Shown here piece after piece: positions 12,801 through 24,800 of a DNA stretch of 64,000 bases (position 1 is its first letter; each line of letters starts with the position of its first letter). Origin of the DNA: Phoronis australis (Eukaryota; Animalia; Phoronida); NCBI GenBank assembly GCA_002633005.1, contig NMRA01000110.1:209850-273849 (forward strand). The letters run 5' to 3'. The translations under genes were made by a program, and so were the position numbers. The notes beneath the pieces are model-generated. The model saw nothing but the letters and a program-made list of their open reading frames with translations, had not been told where the DNA came from and ran no database searches.

Positions 12801-15800
12801 AATTAATTGTGATCCAGTTTTACGCAAATTAATTGTGATCCAGTTTTACACAAATTAATTGCGATCCAGAAACAAACTGACTTGAGACAGAATGCATTTT
12901 TTGTTTTGGCCCCACAGAATATAACAGGAAAATGTTATAGTTAGTTTTTATGACTTGTTTTCTTTATAGCCCCCTTTCCGGTCTTTGGTACCACCTTTTC
13001 ACTGGAAAAGGATGCTACTCTCAGCAAGAAGTGTGCTGCCATCTTGTGTCTGATCTCACGAAATGTACACTACTACATGAGGCAACAGATCTTGCTAACA
13101 GAAGCTGTTGCCATGGTTTCTTTGTTTATTCGTGACCTTGTGGAGGACATGAGCAAGACCATGGACATGGTGCAGCATCAAATAGAGGAGCTTGAGAGAG
13201 AGTTCGGTCATTTTAAAGAACAGAGAAAAAACACTTTGTCGATGTTTAAATTGATGGGAAAAGGCAGATCACATTCAAATGATGTCATCCAACAGGAGAT
13301 GAGTGAACTACAGAAGCACCCTTTTTCCAGTTACATTATGGAGGTAAGACACCGTGACCCGTCTGTCAATAGTGGCATCAAGGGGGAGGGTCAAGGGGGA
13401 GGGTCAAGGAGGCCCCAACTATGGATTAAAAGGAAATAGTTTTGCAAGAGTGCACATAGTAAAATGCATATTAAAAAGGCAAGTTTTAGGCTGATGACCT
13501 CAAGCACTTGAAAGTCAACTGGAATGCATTAGCTTAGAGCAGGCTTGTTACTGAGAATATGGTTGTAGACATCTCCATTGCATTCCCGAAGATTGAGAAA
13601 AGAGGCAAAAAACATTTTTTTGCCAACAACCCAAGGCAAGACGTAGCTGAAGAAATTGCAGATGATGAATTTTAAAGACTGTCTTCTACTTATTCTAAAA
13701 GTTTGAGCACATATTTCGACTAATCATGATATGGTGTTCTCTCGTTCAGTGACTTTACCAGACATAGAGGACTGTGAGCTTGTGATGTATCATCTAGCTC
13801 CTTTGTTGGCTGCCAAGCAAAGTCTTTTGTCTGGTATGACAACTTGCAGGCCAATTATCTCCCAGGCTATTATTACAGACCATGTGTGAACGCAGTCAAA
13901 CCCGAGAACGAATTGGTCCGTTCGGAAAGAATAGATCGTCATGACTTCGGTTGTAGATGGGCGATTTTGGTTAAAAATAAAAGTTAAGTTATAACATATG
14001 TGAACATAAACCAATATCATTTCTGAATTCCTCCTCATATGCTGATCCTGTTTAGTTTTTGAATCGCTCAACTACAACCAAATTTACGACAATCTATTCC
14101 TTCCGAACGTACCAATTTGCTCTTGTTTTGACTGTGTTCACAGGTGGTCTGTAATAAGCCTAGTTGATAATTGGTCTGCATGTTGTCATACCAAACAAAA
14201 GACTGTGCTCAGCAGTTAACAAAGGAGCTAGGTGTTATCGTACGCTCACAACCCTCTACCTCTGGTAATGTCACTGAACGGGAGAACACCGTAATGTGTT
14301 TGAAGGATTATCATGGAATTAATTAGGTGTGTTCCTGTTACCTTGACCTCTGAACACACCCAACTAAGTCTGCTTTGCCCCCTTGATGCATTCAGAAAAT
14401 GACTGTTCCCTTATATAATTACAGCACAATAAGTGGGTACATGTCAATGCTCTATATTTGGTCTCTATTTTGAAATAATCCTTTGAAATGTGGGGAGGTA
14501 AATATGAACCAGGAATGGTGCATTGTATTGCAACATTGTATTTATTGTTAGACAACGGAGACCATGCAACGACTAAGGAGAAATGTTGACGATTTCTATA
14601 AACGTGTCGTTGAACACAAAGAACTTGAAGGAATGTGGAAGCATGGTGTTGGATGCAGCGACCCGGAGAAATGTATGAAGATGATTGGCTCGTTTGTCAA
14701 GACTGCCCATGAAACAAGCCAAATATTCAGGGAACACAAAATTCGTGGAAAGCTCTCGTACAATGAAGAACAGATTCACAAAGTGGATAAGTATGTCCAT
14801 CTTTTCTATCTTTGTCATGTTCTATTAATCTTATTAGATTGAACTGGCTGCACAATCACTTCAACCAACCTAACCGTGGACAGTCAAGGTTCCTCGAGTT
14901 CAACCTAGCCATTGACAGTCAAGGTTCCTCTAATTCAACCTAGCCATGGATAGTCAAGGCCTCGAGTTCAACCTAGCCATCAGGGCTTGGAATTTTCCGC
15001 GGAAACGCGGATTTACGCTTTTTTCAAATGTTCTGTCCGTGTATTTTATTATATTTCCGTGTAAAAAAAAATCGGATTTGATATAAAATTTCCTCGGAAA
15101 ATTTCTTTCTTGCCGACGACTTTCACCTCGAAAAGCAGAATTAAGTTGCTCTTTATGTTTCGGAGGAACGTAAATTGTCAACATTGCCGGGGCATCTGGG
15201 ATAGCGTGGTGGATTTCCTCAATGGCGGCTCGTGTGATTGTAAACCGAGGTGACAAATACTACGACTCTGCAGCCAAAAATGTTTGGAAGTGGGAGTGGC
15301 GGACGAGCTAAGACAGACGCAGACGCACGCTTCTGGAGTTGGTACCGTTTTTTTTTTTTTTTTAGTCCTCTCGATTTTTGTCGGCAAAAGGTCCACACCG
15401 ACTTTTTCAAGGCTGGCTGCGCGCATGTTTCGGGCCGTAAAAATTTCCTCGTTTTTTCGCCATTGGTCATTCCAAGCCCTGAGCCATAGACAGTCAAGGT
15501 TTCTCTAGTTCAACCTATGGACAGTCAAGATTCCTCTAGTTCAACCTAGCCATAGAATGTCCAGATTCCTCTAGTTCAACTTAGCCATAGACAGTCAATG
15601 TTCCTCCAGTTCAACTTAGCCATGGCCAGTCAAGGTTCCTCTAGTTCAACCTAGCCATAGACAGTCAATGTTCCTCTAGTTCAACTTAGCCATGGACAGT
15701 CAAGGTTCCTCTAGTTCAGCCTAGCCATAGACTGAGTCAAGGTTCCCCTAGTTAGCCATCAGCAGTCCTGTCCTTTAGTTCAACCTAGCCACAGACATTA

Positions 15801-18800
15801 AAGATTTCTCTAGTTCAACATAGCCATCAGTAGTCATTGTCTTCTAGTTCAACATAGCCATCAGTAGTCATTGTCTTCTAGTTCAATCTAACCATCAAAA
15901 GTCTTGTCTCTCAGTTCAGCCTAGCCATAGACAGTCAAGATTCCTTTCAAGCTAGCCATTGAAGTCGAGATTCCTCCATTTTAACGTAGCCATAGACAAT
16001 AATTAAAATATTTTTCTAGTTCAACCTAACCATCAACAGTCATGTCCTTCAGTTCTATCAAGCCATGGACTATCAAATTCATTAGAGTCAGATGTCACAA
16101 CAGTTATCCCAGAGGTCACTACAACAAGTTCGTTGATGACATATATAGTTCTTTAAAAATCACACACTCATCACGATGGTCACAGGTTAGGCCATGAAAT
16201 CACTTCATTGTAACATTTCATTCTAATTATGTGAGGAGCGCACTTTGAAATGAATTATGAGTAATAATTTCAAAACAGTGGATACCCATATTATATTGAA
16301 AAGGAATTAAATTTTCAGAACCGGTTTAAGTTGATTGTTGTAGCATCTGTCATCCTCACCTTTGACCTTTGATATCCCTGCTGATAGAGCTCATCCTTAC
16401 CTGCGTGTTTCATTTCTTTATGTTGTTGAATTCATTTCACTCACATCTCCAATGGTCTTTGATGACTGAAGTATTGTGTGAATATGTTCTTGTAGAGTAT
16501 ATTTTTGTTTTATCATGGATTGTTTACTTTTGTCACAGTTTTTAGGATACCTGTTGTGACACCTGACCCCGGGCAATAGACCTACAGTGTTACAATGTGA
16601 AAAACTGGCACTTAAACTGAAACAATGATTCAAGGCATATGTTTAATGAGACTTAAATGTATAATGATTATAGTGATAGCAAGTGTGCCTTTTTGTCTTT
16701 AGTTATTACATTTAGCTATAATATGATTCTGGAGAGCTAAAGACTTTCACACCAGATGGTGTTGTATTTGTGAGTAAATTGTGTTGTTAAAGTGGTGCAG
16801 GTGTGTAAGGGAGAAACTGAAGCGTTACACCTTGGGCAATTAACAGTATAGGGATGTTTGCAATTCAAAACAGTGTATTTGCAGCATGAGAATTTTTTTT
16901 CAATATTATATAGAATTCAGTGTTTTTGTAACAAAAATTAGCATGACCAGTAGTAGCAACAAAAAATTAAAAAATGGATATTTTTTCACGTGGCCCTCAG
17001 TGACTTGAGAGGAATGAAAGATGGTCAACCCAGACTCAAACAATATTTTAACGACATATGGTTTCTAATTGCAGAAACAAGCTAAACACAACCAGTTCAA
17101 CAGAATATATGGTTTCTAATTGCAGAAACAAGCTAAATACAACCAGTTCTAAAGCTGTCTCCCTCTGCAATGATGCTTGCTTCAAGTGTCTCTACAGATT
17201 ACATAAGGAACTTACACAAACCCACCTGGGCAGTAAGCTTCATGGCTGGTTCAGGTGAGTTTTACACTGAATGGGGGCACTGCGGGCAGTTACTCTATGG
17301 CTGGTTCAGGTGAGTTTAACACTGAATGGGGGCACTGCGGGCAGTTACTCTATGGCTGGTTCAGGTGAGTTTAACACTGAATGGGGGCACTGCGGGCAGT
17401 TACTCTATGGCTGGTTCAGGTGAGTTTAACACTGAATGGGGGCACTGCGGGCAGTTACTCTATGGCTGGTTCAGGTGAGTTTAACACTGAATGGGGGCAC
17501 TGCGGGCAGTTACTCTATGGCTGGTTCAGGTGAGTTTAACACTGAATGGGGGCACTGCGGGCAGTTACTCTGTGGCTGGTTCAGGTGAGTTTAACACTGA
17601 ATGGGGGCACTGCGGGCAGTAAAACAAATCATTACGAGCCCCTTTGTCCTCTTTTTGTACACATAGTCATTTCAATTAAATAAATGTTTCTCTTGTATAC
17701 AGTGAGCAGTCCTTTTTCCATGGACGATGATGCTTCGATGTTGAAGGAGCCTCAGTTTGGGGCAATACTAATTAAAAAAGGAACTAAAGAAATTTTGGAT
17801 AGTTTTCTATGAGTTGTTGATTAATTACACAAATAATTCAATATCAAAAAGTAAACTTAGTATTATATTCTCCAACTAAGCTAAAAAAAATTAGCCGCCT
17901 GGAGCGCTGCTTCTTGTGACGTTTTTGGCGGGGGCACAGTCACCGTGTTAGCGTGCTGTCAAGTGACGCCGTTCTTCATATCATCGGAATAAGAAATTTT
18001 GGTGTGAAATGTCGGGTCACCAGGGATACCTGTTTGTGACACCCAGTCGTCGTCATCGTTAGACGAAAATTTGCTTGTGCAACCAGTCTGTATCAACAAT
18101 TTACACTGGTATAACTGTGACTGTGTCTGTAGGCAATGTGGACTCTAGCCAGCCTGCTCCAGCCAATACTCGTCTCTGTAGACTTGAAGGGTTGGTTAGT
18201 TACTGATTATAGCTACATGAAGGCTATCATACCACTGTGTGTTGAGCTCCGTTAACCTTGAACATCCATTGACTACCCCCGGTTAGTTGAGTTATGCTCG
18301 TCACCTTGTCATAAAACTTAGGGTACAGCAACATATAAATGTAATGGAGTGGCAGGGGTGCATGCAAAATCTGGTAGTCACTCGACACCTTGTTGGTTGC
18401 AGCCTTAAGTGGAAAACAATCAAATAAACATCATTTTGTAACATAATTTGCCGCCTTTTGTAACAAAGAAGTGTGTCATTCGTTTCAAAAACAGCACGCT
18501 CGTGACATGGCGCACACGCCATTTCCTAAAAATTTGAGTCGTCTTTCAGGAGATGATGACGCTTCACAGCATAAAGGTTTGTTCTAAAGTTCGGTTTGCT
18601 GGTATATAGATACTAAAAACTTGTAACGAAGTGAAACAAGTTCCGATAATTTGTTGTGACATGTAAGCAACCTAGATGCCAGCAGCAAAGCACATTTTAA
18701 AAAAGAATCGGGTGGAGGGGGAAACTGGTAAAGGTCAGGTGACATAATCTCAAAAAGCCAACTCAAGAGAACGCATCACAATTTTAGAAGCAGCCAATTA

Positions 18801-21800
18801 AGGATCGCTAACTTTTCCAACACCAGTAACTACTGAAGTTAGTTTACTCTAGGAACCTGGTTCCTAGGTTTTTTCAAGGATAAGATTAGCTATAAGGTCA
18901 TCTCCAACCTAAGTGGCCTCCATTCTAACTGGTACATCAAAGTAACTAAACTTTGTCAACTAGTAAAAGTATAATTTTCTGAAGAACAAAGACCAGGAAA
19001 TATAAATATACTTTTTGTATTTATGTTCCATTATTATTTTTACATAAAATCCTTTTTTAAGTCAAAATTTAATTTTTAAGAAAGGTACATTCTTAGCAAA
19101 ATAACCCCTTGGTCAATTTTAATGAAACCTTTTTTAAATGAAAACTTCACCAGTTACCTCAAAAACGCTGTTAGGAATTTTCGATTAGTCTGTTCGTTTG
19201 GTTTCTATGACAAATCAACTCGCAAAACGTAAGGTATTTTTGTAAAAAATTGAAGTCGTATTCGTCTTTGTCACATTACGCAAAAACTAGGCCTTTATAT
19301 CAAAAATCCTAACAGCGTTTTTGAGATTTATGACTAAATATTAAGTTTGGAAAGTTTCAGCGAAATCCATCGAGCCGTTTTTGAGAACTAGTGTTCCGAA
19401 GTTCAAATAAAGTCGATTTGCCGAAGCCGAGAAAAAGCCGATTAAACTGGGACAAGTGAAAATCTCAAAGTCTTCGGTTAATTATTCGGTGAAAACTTGT
19501 TTTCGGTAGACATAACCTATATAATCCTTAACTATGTTACCTATTTCAACGTTCACTCGCAATGTCAACTGATTTTACAGTGCGTTAAATTTGAGTTAGA
19601 TTTTATTTGTCCATTTTTTTACCCATATCCACTCAAACCTGTAGGCATATATTTATTATACAGCTTCGGGCCAAGGCTTGGGTAACCCGGCGATGGTATG
19701 CGATGGCCATCCCTTTAGAGACAACTTTTTCGAAGAGTGTGAGCAACCAGGTGCCATACAAAAAGGCATGTCGAACCTTTTACAGCACTGTGGCAAACAA
19801 TAAAAAATAAGGACGATTGATATAATGATAAATTACGATGTAAACTCTTCAAAATATGACATAAGCAATGAATGTGTAAAGCAGCCGATACCCCGCCGTT
19901 CACGTCACTGACACATCAGCCAATCAGCGATTGTTTCAGAATTCAGTGTTTTAACCATGAATACGAATCGGCTTTTGGTTGGCGCGCAAGTCGGGCAAAT
20001 GTGAGTTTTATTTTGTATGTTGGAACCGATTAACTGCAACATTATTTTGACTACAGTCCCCTTTTAAATCGCCAATTGGATCAAAGTTAAAATTGCTTCT
20101 CAACTAATGTCATCAAACTGGTGGATTAGGTTGGTCATGCACTACTTTACGATTACCGAAATTATCAACAGATGTTGCTAACAACCATAGTTCATGTTGC
20201 ATTGAAAATTTGAAATTTGTTGAAATACTCACCAGTTGACAACAATAAGCATTTCCTTTTAGTTCTCGGTCAGTGGTGTCACAGGGTCTCCAATCTACAG
20301 GTCATGGAGGACCTATGGGTCACGTGAACAGTTTTGGGAGAATCTGAATGCACTGTGTATTATTCAAGACAAAGTCTGGGGTTGTTGCAACATAATTTCT
20401 CTGCTGCTAGTGGACGTGGGTTATCAAGCAGTCAGAGGAAGTGTGGTCCTTGGTTATCTTAACTTGTACGTTATATGTGAACAACATGTGTTGAAATCTT
20501 ATAGAGGCACAGATGTTTGTGTTTCATAACAGTTAATCAATTGTTCTTTGTTTCAGCTTTGCTGTTCAAATTAAACTACGAACTGAGCGATTGACATTAA
20601 AGATTCAAAGTTTGTCATCTACAGGACAAGACATGTCTGCAGAATTGGACTCTGTAAGTCAGATTGTAGCCAGGTAACTTTTTTATATGCGTGCAAAATT
20701 TATGCTGTAAAGGAGATCTGTGCACACTGGTGAAATGTACGTAGAGAATGAGAACATATTTTGGAATTATTCTTTTTTGGGGAGGTTGGCTGTCATAAGT
20801 TGTTTTTCCATCTTTGAACCTTCTGGGTCTGCAATACTCAAACATTACATTGTCGATGGTAAATAATTCACTTATTCTTATTGCAGATTCTTTCATACAA
20901 TTAACATAATTAGCAGTGATGCTATTTCCTATTTGTTCATGCTCATGTCAATATTGCTTTTATCATTATCATTAGTATTTTAGATGTTCCATTCTAAGTA
21001 ATGTTTAATAGAATAATTTTGTCTCTGTTAGGTGTGTTGGAGTAGGTCATCTGCTAGTCTGAGCAGATTGTAAATGTGTTGCATAAACTCTTCACCTTGA
21101 ACCTTGCATGAGGTACCTGAACCTCTGTCAGATTCCACTCATGTAAGACATCTCACAAAAGATCTATTGGTCTTATTGATACACACCAGCTGTATTAAGC
21201 TGGGTCGTGGGGTCAGCAGGTTATTGTCCTCTCTGATTTGGACTAAATTTGTGCAAAACAAGAAAAAAATTTGGCAGCGTAATTAGCATCTAATGGAAAA
21301 ATATGGGAATGACATAGAAGAGGCAAAATATGGGAATGACATAGAAGAGGTAAAATATGGGAATGATGTAGAAGAGGCAAAATATGGGAATGACGTAGAA
21401 GAGGCAAAATATGGGAATGACGTAGAAGAGGCAAAATATGGGAATGACGTAGAAGAGGCAAAATATGGGAATGACGTAGAAGAGGCAAAATATGGGAATG
21501 ACGTAGAAGAGGCAAAATATGGGAATGACGTAGAAGAGGCAAAATATGGGAATGACGTAGAAGAGGCAAAATATGGGAATGACGTAGAAGAGGCAAAATA
21601 TGGGAATGACGTAGAAGAGGCAAAATATGGGAATGACGTAGAAGAGGCAAAATATGGGAATGACGTAGAAGAGGCAAAATATGGGAATGACGTAGAAGAG
21701 GCAAAATATGGGAATGACGTAGAAGAGGCAAAATATGGGAATGACGTAGAAGAGGCAAAATATGGGAATGACGTAGAAGAGGCAAAATATGGGAATGACG

Positions 21801-24800
21801 TAGAAGAGGCAAAATATGGGAATGACGTAGAAGAGGCAAAATATGGGAATGACGTAGAAGAGGCAAAATATGGGAATGACGTAGAAGAGGCAAAATATGG
21901 GAATGACGTAGAAGAGGCAAAATATGGGAATGACGTAGAAGAGGCAAAATATGGGAATGACGTAGAAGAGGCAAAATATGGGAATGACGTAGAAGAGGCA
22001 AAATATGGGAATGACGTAGAAGAGGCAAAATATGGGAATGACGTAGAAGAGGCAAAATATGGGAATGACGTAGAAGAGGCAAAATATGGGAATGACGTAG
22101 AAGAGGCAAAATATGGGAATGACGTAGAAGAGGCAAAATATGGGAATGACGTAGAAGAGGCAAAATATGGGAATGACGTAGAAGAGGCAAAATATGGGAA
22201 TGACGTAGAAGAGGCAAAATATGGGAATGACGTAGAAGAGGCAAAATATGGGAATGACGTAGAAGAGGCAAAATATGGGAATGACGTAGAAGAGGCAAAA
22301 TATGGGAATGACGTAGAAGAGGCAAAATATGGGAATGACGTAGAAGAGGCAAAATATGGGAATGACGTAGAAGAGGCAAAATATGGGAATGACGTAGAAG
22401 AGGCAAAATATGGGAATGACGTAGAAGAGGCAAAATATGGGAATGACGTAGAAGAGGCAAAATATGGGAATGACGTAGAAGAGGCAAAATATGGGAATGA
22501 CGTAGAAGAGGCAAAATATGGGAATGACGTAGAAGAGGCAAAATATGGGAATGACGTAGAAGAGGCAAAATATGGGAATGACGTAGAAGAGGCAAAATAT
22601 GGGAATGACGTAGAAGAGGCAAAATATGGGAATGACGTAGAAGAGGCAAAATATGGGAATGACGTAGAAGAGGCAAAATATGGGAATGACGTAGAAGAGG
22701 CAAAATATGGGAATGACGTAGAAGAGGCAAAATATGGGAATGACGTAGAAGAGGCAAAATATGGGAATGACGTAGAAGAGGCAAAATATGGGAATGACGT
22801 AGAAGAGGCAAAATATGGGAATGACGTAGAAGAGGCAAAATATGGGAATGACGTAGAAGAGGCAAAATATGGGAATGACGTAGAAGAGGCAAAATATGGG
22901 AATGACGTAGAAGAGGCAAAATATGGGAATGACATAGAAGAGGCAAAATATGGGAATGACATAGAAGAGGCAAAATATGGGAATGACATAGAAGAGGCAA
23001 AATATGGGAATGACATAGAAGAGGCAAAATATGGGAATGACAGAAGAGGCAAAATATGGGAATGACAGAAGAGGCAAAATATGGGAATGACAGAAGAGGC
23101 AAAATATGGGAATGACATAGAAGAGGCAAAATCAGTTAAACAAAAGTCTATACACTTGTGCAATGAAAACATCCTTGTCATTATGGACACTTGACACCAT
23201 AACACAGCATTCTTCTCATTACAGGCATATAACACCATGACCCATAGCTACAATACTGTTATGAAAGCTGCGGTCAGACTTGAGCAGGATCCCCCGGAGT
23301 CTGGTTATGCCACCGGAGGGGAGGTAGAACCAGACAAGTCTACAAGGTGTCATGCCTCAACAACAGGTGATACAGGACAGTTGACCTCTGATGCCAAGGA
23401 GAAGCTGCTTAGAAGGTAACTAGACCTGTTCACTTCTGGCTACAAACAATAAAGTACGTGCTGTAAAGGAGGCCCCTTATACTTGGAGAAACCTTTTGAA
23501 TTTCTTCAATGTAACATGATCAGCCGACTAATTCTATCCACAATCCAGTCTCACTAGGGGACAAGTCATCAATAGAGTGACTTTATTCACTAAGTCACAT
23601 AGTGAAGGTTATTACTGTTTGTCATCAGATTATATGTAACTAGAAGGCTTGAAAACAACCAGGCTTCAATTTTGCATTTTATTCTTGGGGCATGGATACA
23701 AATGGAAACCATGAAATTTGAATAGAGGAGCAAAAATTAGACTTGGTGGGTCCTTGCATTTTATAAAATTAGTGATTGACAAGTAATAGCGATTTTGTGA
23801 ATAAAAACCCAAATCTTGAGCTATTCATTGGAAAGTAGTCTCCAGCACGGATTAACAGGTAATTATATGCATAACTAATTTGCAACAGAAGCTGGGTCTG
23901 AAAGATTGTGGATAACGCCCCCTTGTGGCAGTTATTACGAGGAATAATCGCGACATGGAGTCATGCGTTAACTAGCGGTTAGAGTGTCCATGTATGTTGG
24001 CTAGAACATGGCGTAAACACATCAGCTTTTACTACGTCACTACCTCAGAGTGGTTTTAGTGCATTAAATGGTTAAGTCTATCTTGAACGGTAACACCAGA
24101 AAATTTAGCTCCTTCAGTATGTTAATAAGAGCATCGTTCGGAGCCCTCTAGTGTCATCAGTTGTTAGTGTAACAAACTTTTTGGTGTTAATTGGTTTGCT
24201 TTTGTCTACATCACTGCGAGAGTCACCCTATTAATTCAAACAGCTGCGAATAACACCCACACACAATGGTGTTCTATTCAGACCCCTATTCAATACAACT
24301 GTTATTGGCCTTTTGTTGTTTGTGCTGGAATCTCTCGGTGAAGCAACGTGGCACGAAAAGGCAACTTCACATATCATTTGACGGACTTACAGTTGTGTCA
24401 TTAAACTTGCATTTTCATATTTTCCTAAGACTTTGCTAGGACTATTTGGTTAGCCCAATGCATCCATAATAACAAAATTCCGTTGAAGCTACTCTTTAAC
24501 TGATAATTACAGCCATGTGTAACTGATACCTACAGTCATGTGTAACTGATACCTAGAGCCGTGTGCAACTGATACCTACAGCCGTGTGTAACTGATACCT
24601 AGTCATGTGTAACTGATACCTACTGCCATGTGTAACTGATACCTAGTCATGTGTAACTGATACCTAAAGCCGTGTGTAACTGATACCTACAGTTATGTGC
24701 AACTGATACCTACAGCCGTGAGTAACTGATACCTACAGTCATGTGTAACTGATATCTACTGCCATGTGTAACTGATACCTACAGCTATGTATAACTGATA

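Noticed and set aside
17244-17620. CRISPR-like appearance of this and other arrays (4211, 21296, 62776)
   Set aside because: Units are head-to-tail identical with no unique spacers, no cas genes, and the context is eukaryotic.
17740-20070. Large DNA transposon remnants (also ~44900-48900)
   Set aside because: Repeat-like texture but I could not pair termini or find TSDs or transposase coding sequence.
21243-23238. Four ORFs of 590-651 aa in the ORF track
   Set aside because: Products of a 27-bp unit that lacks stops in those frames; located in an intron whose flanking exons join in phase without it.
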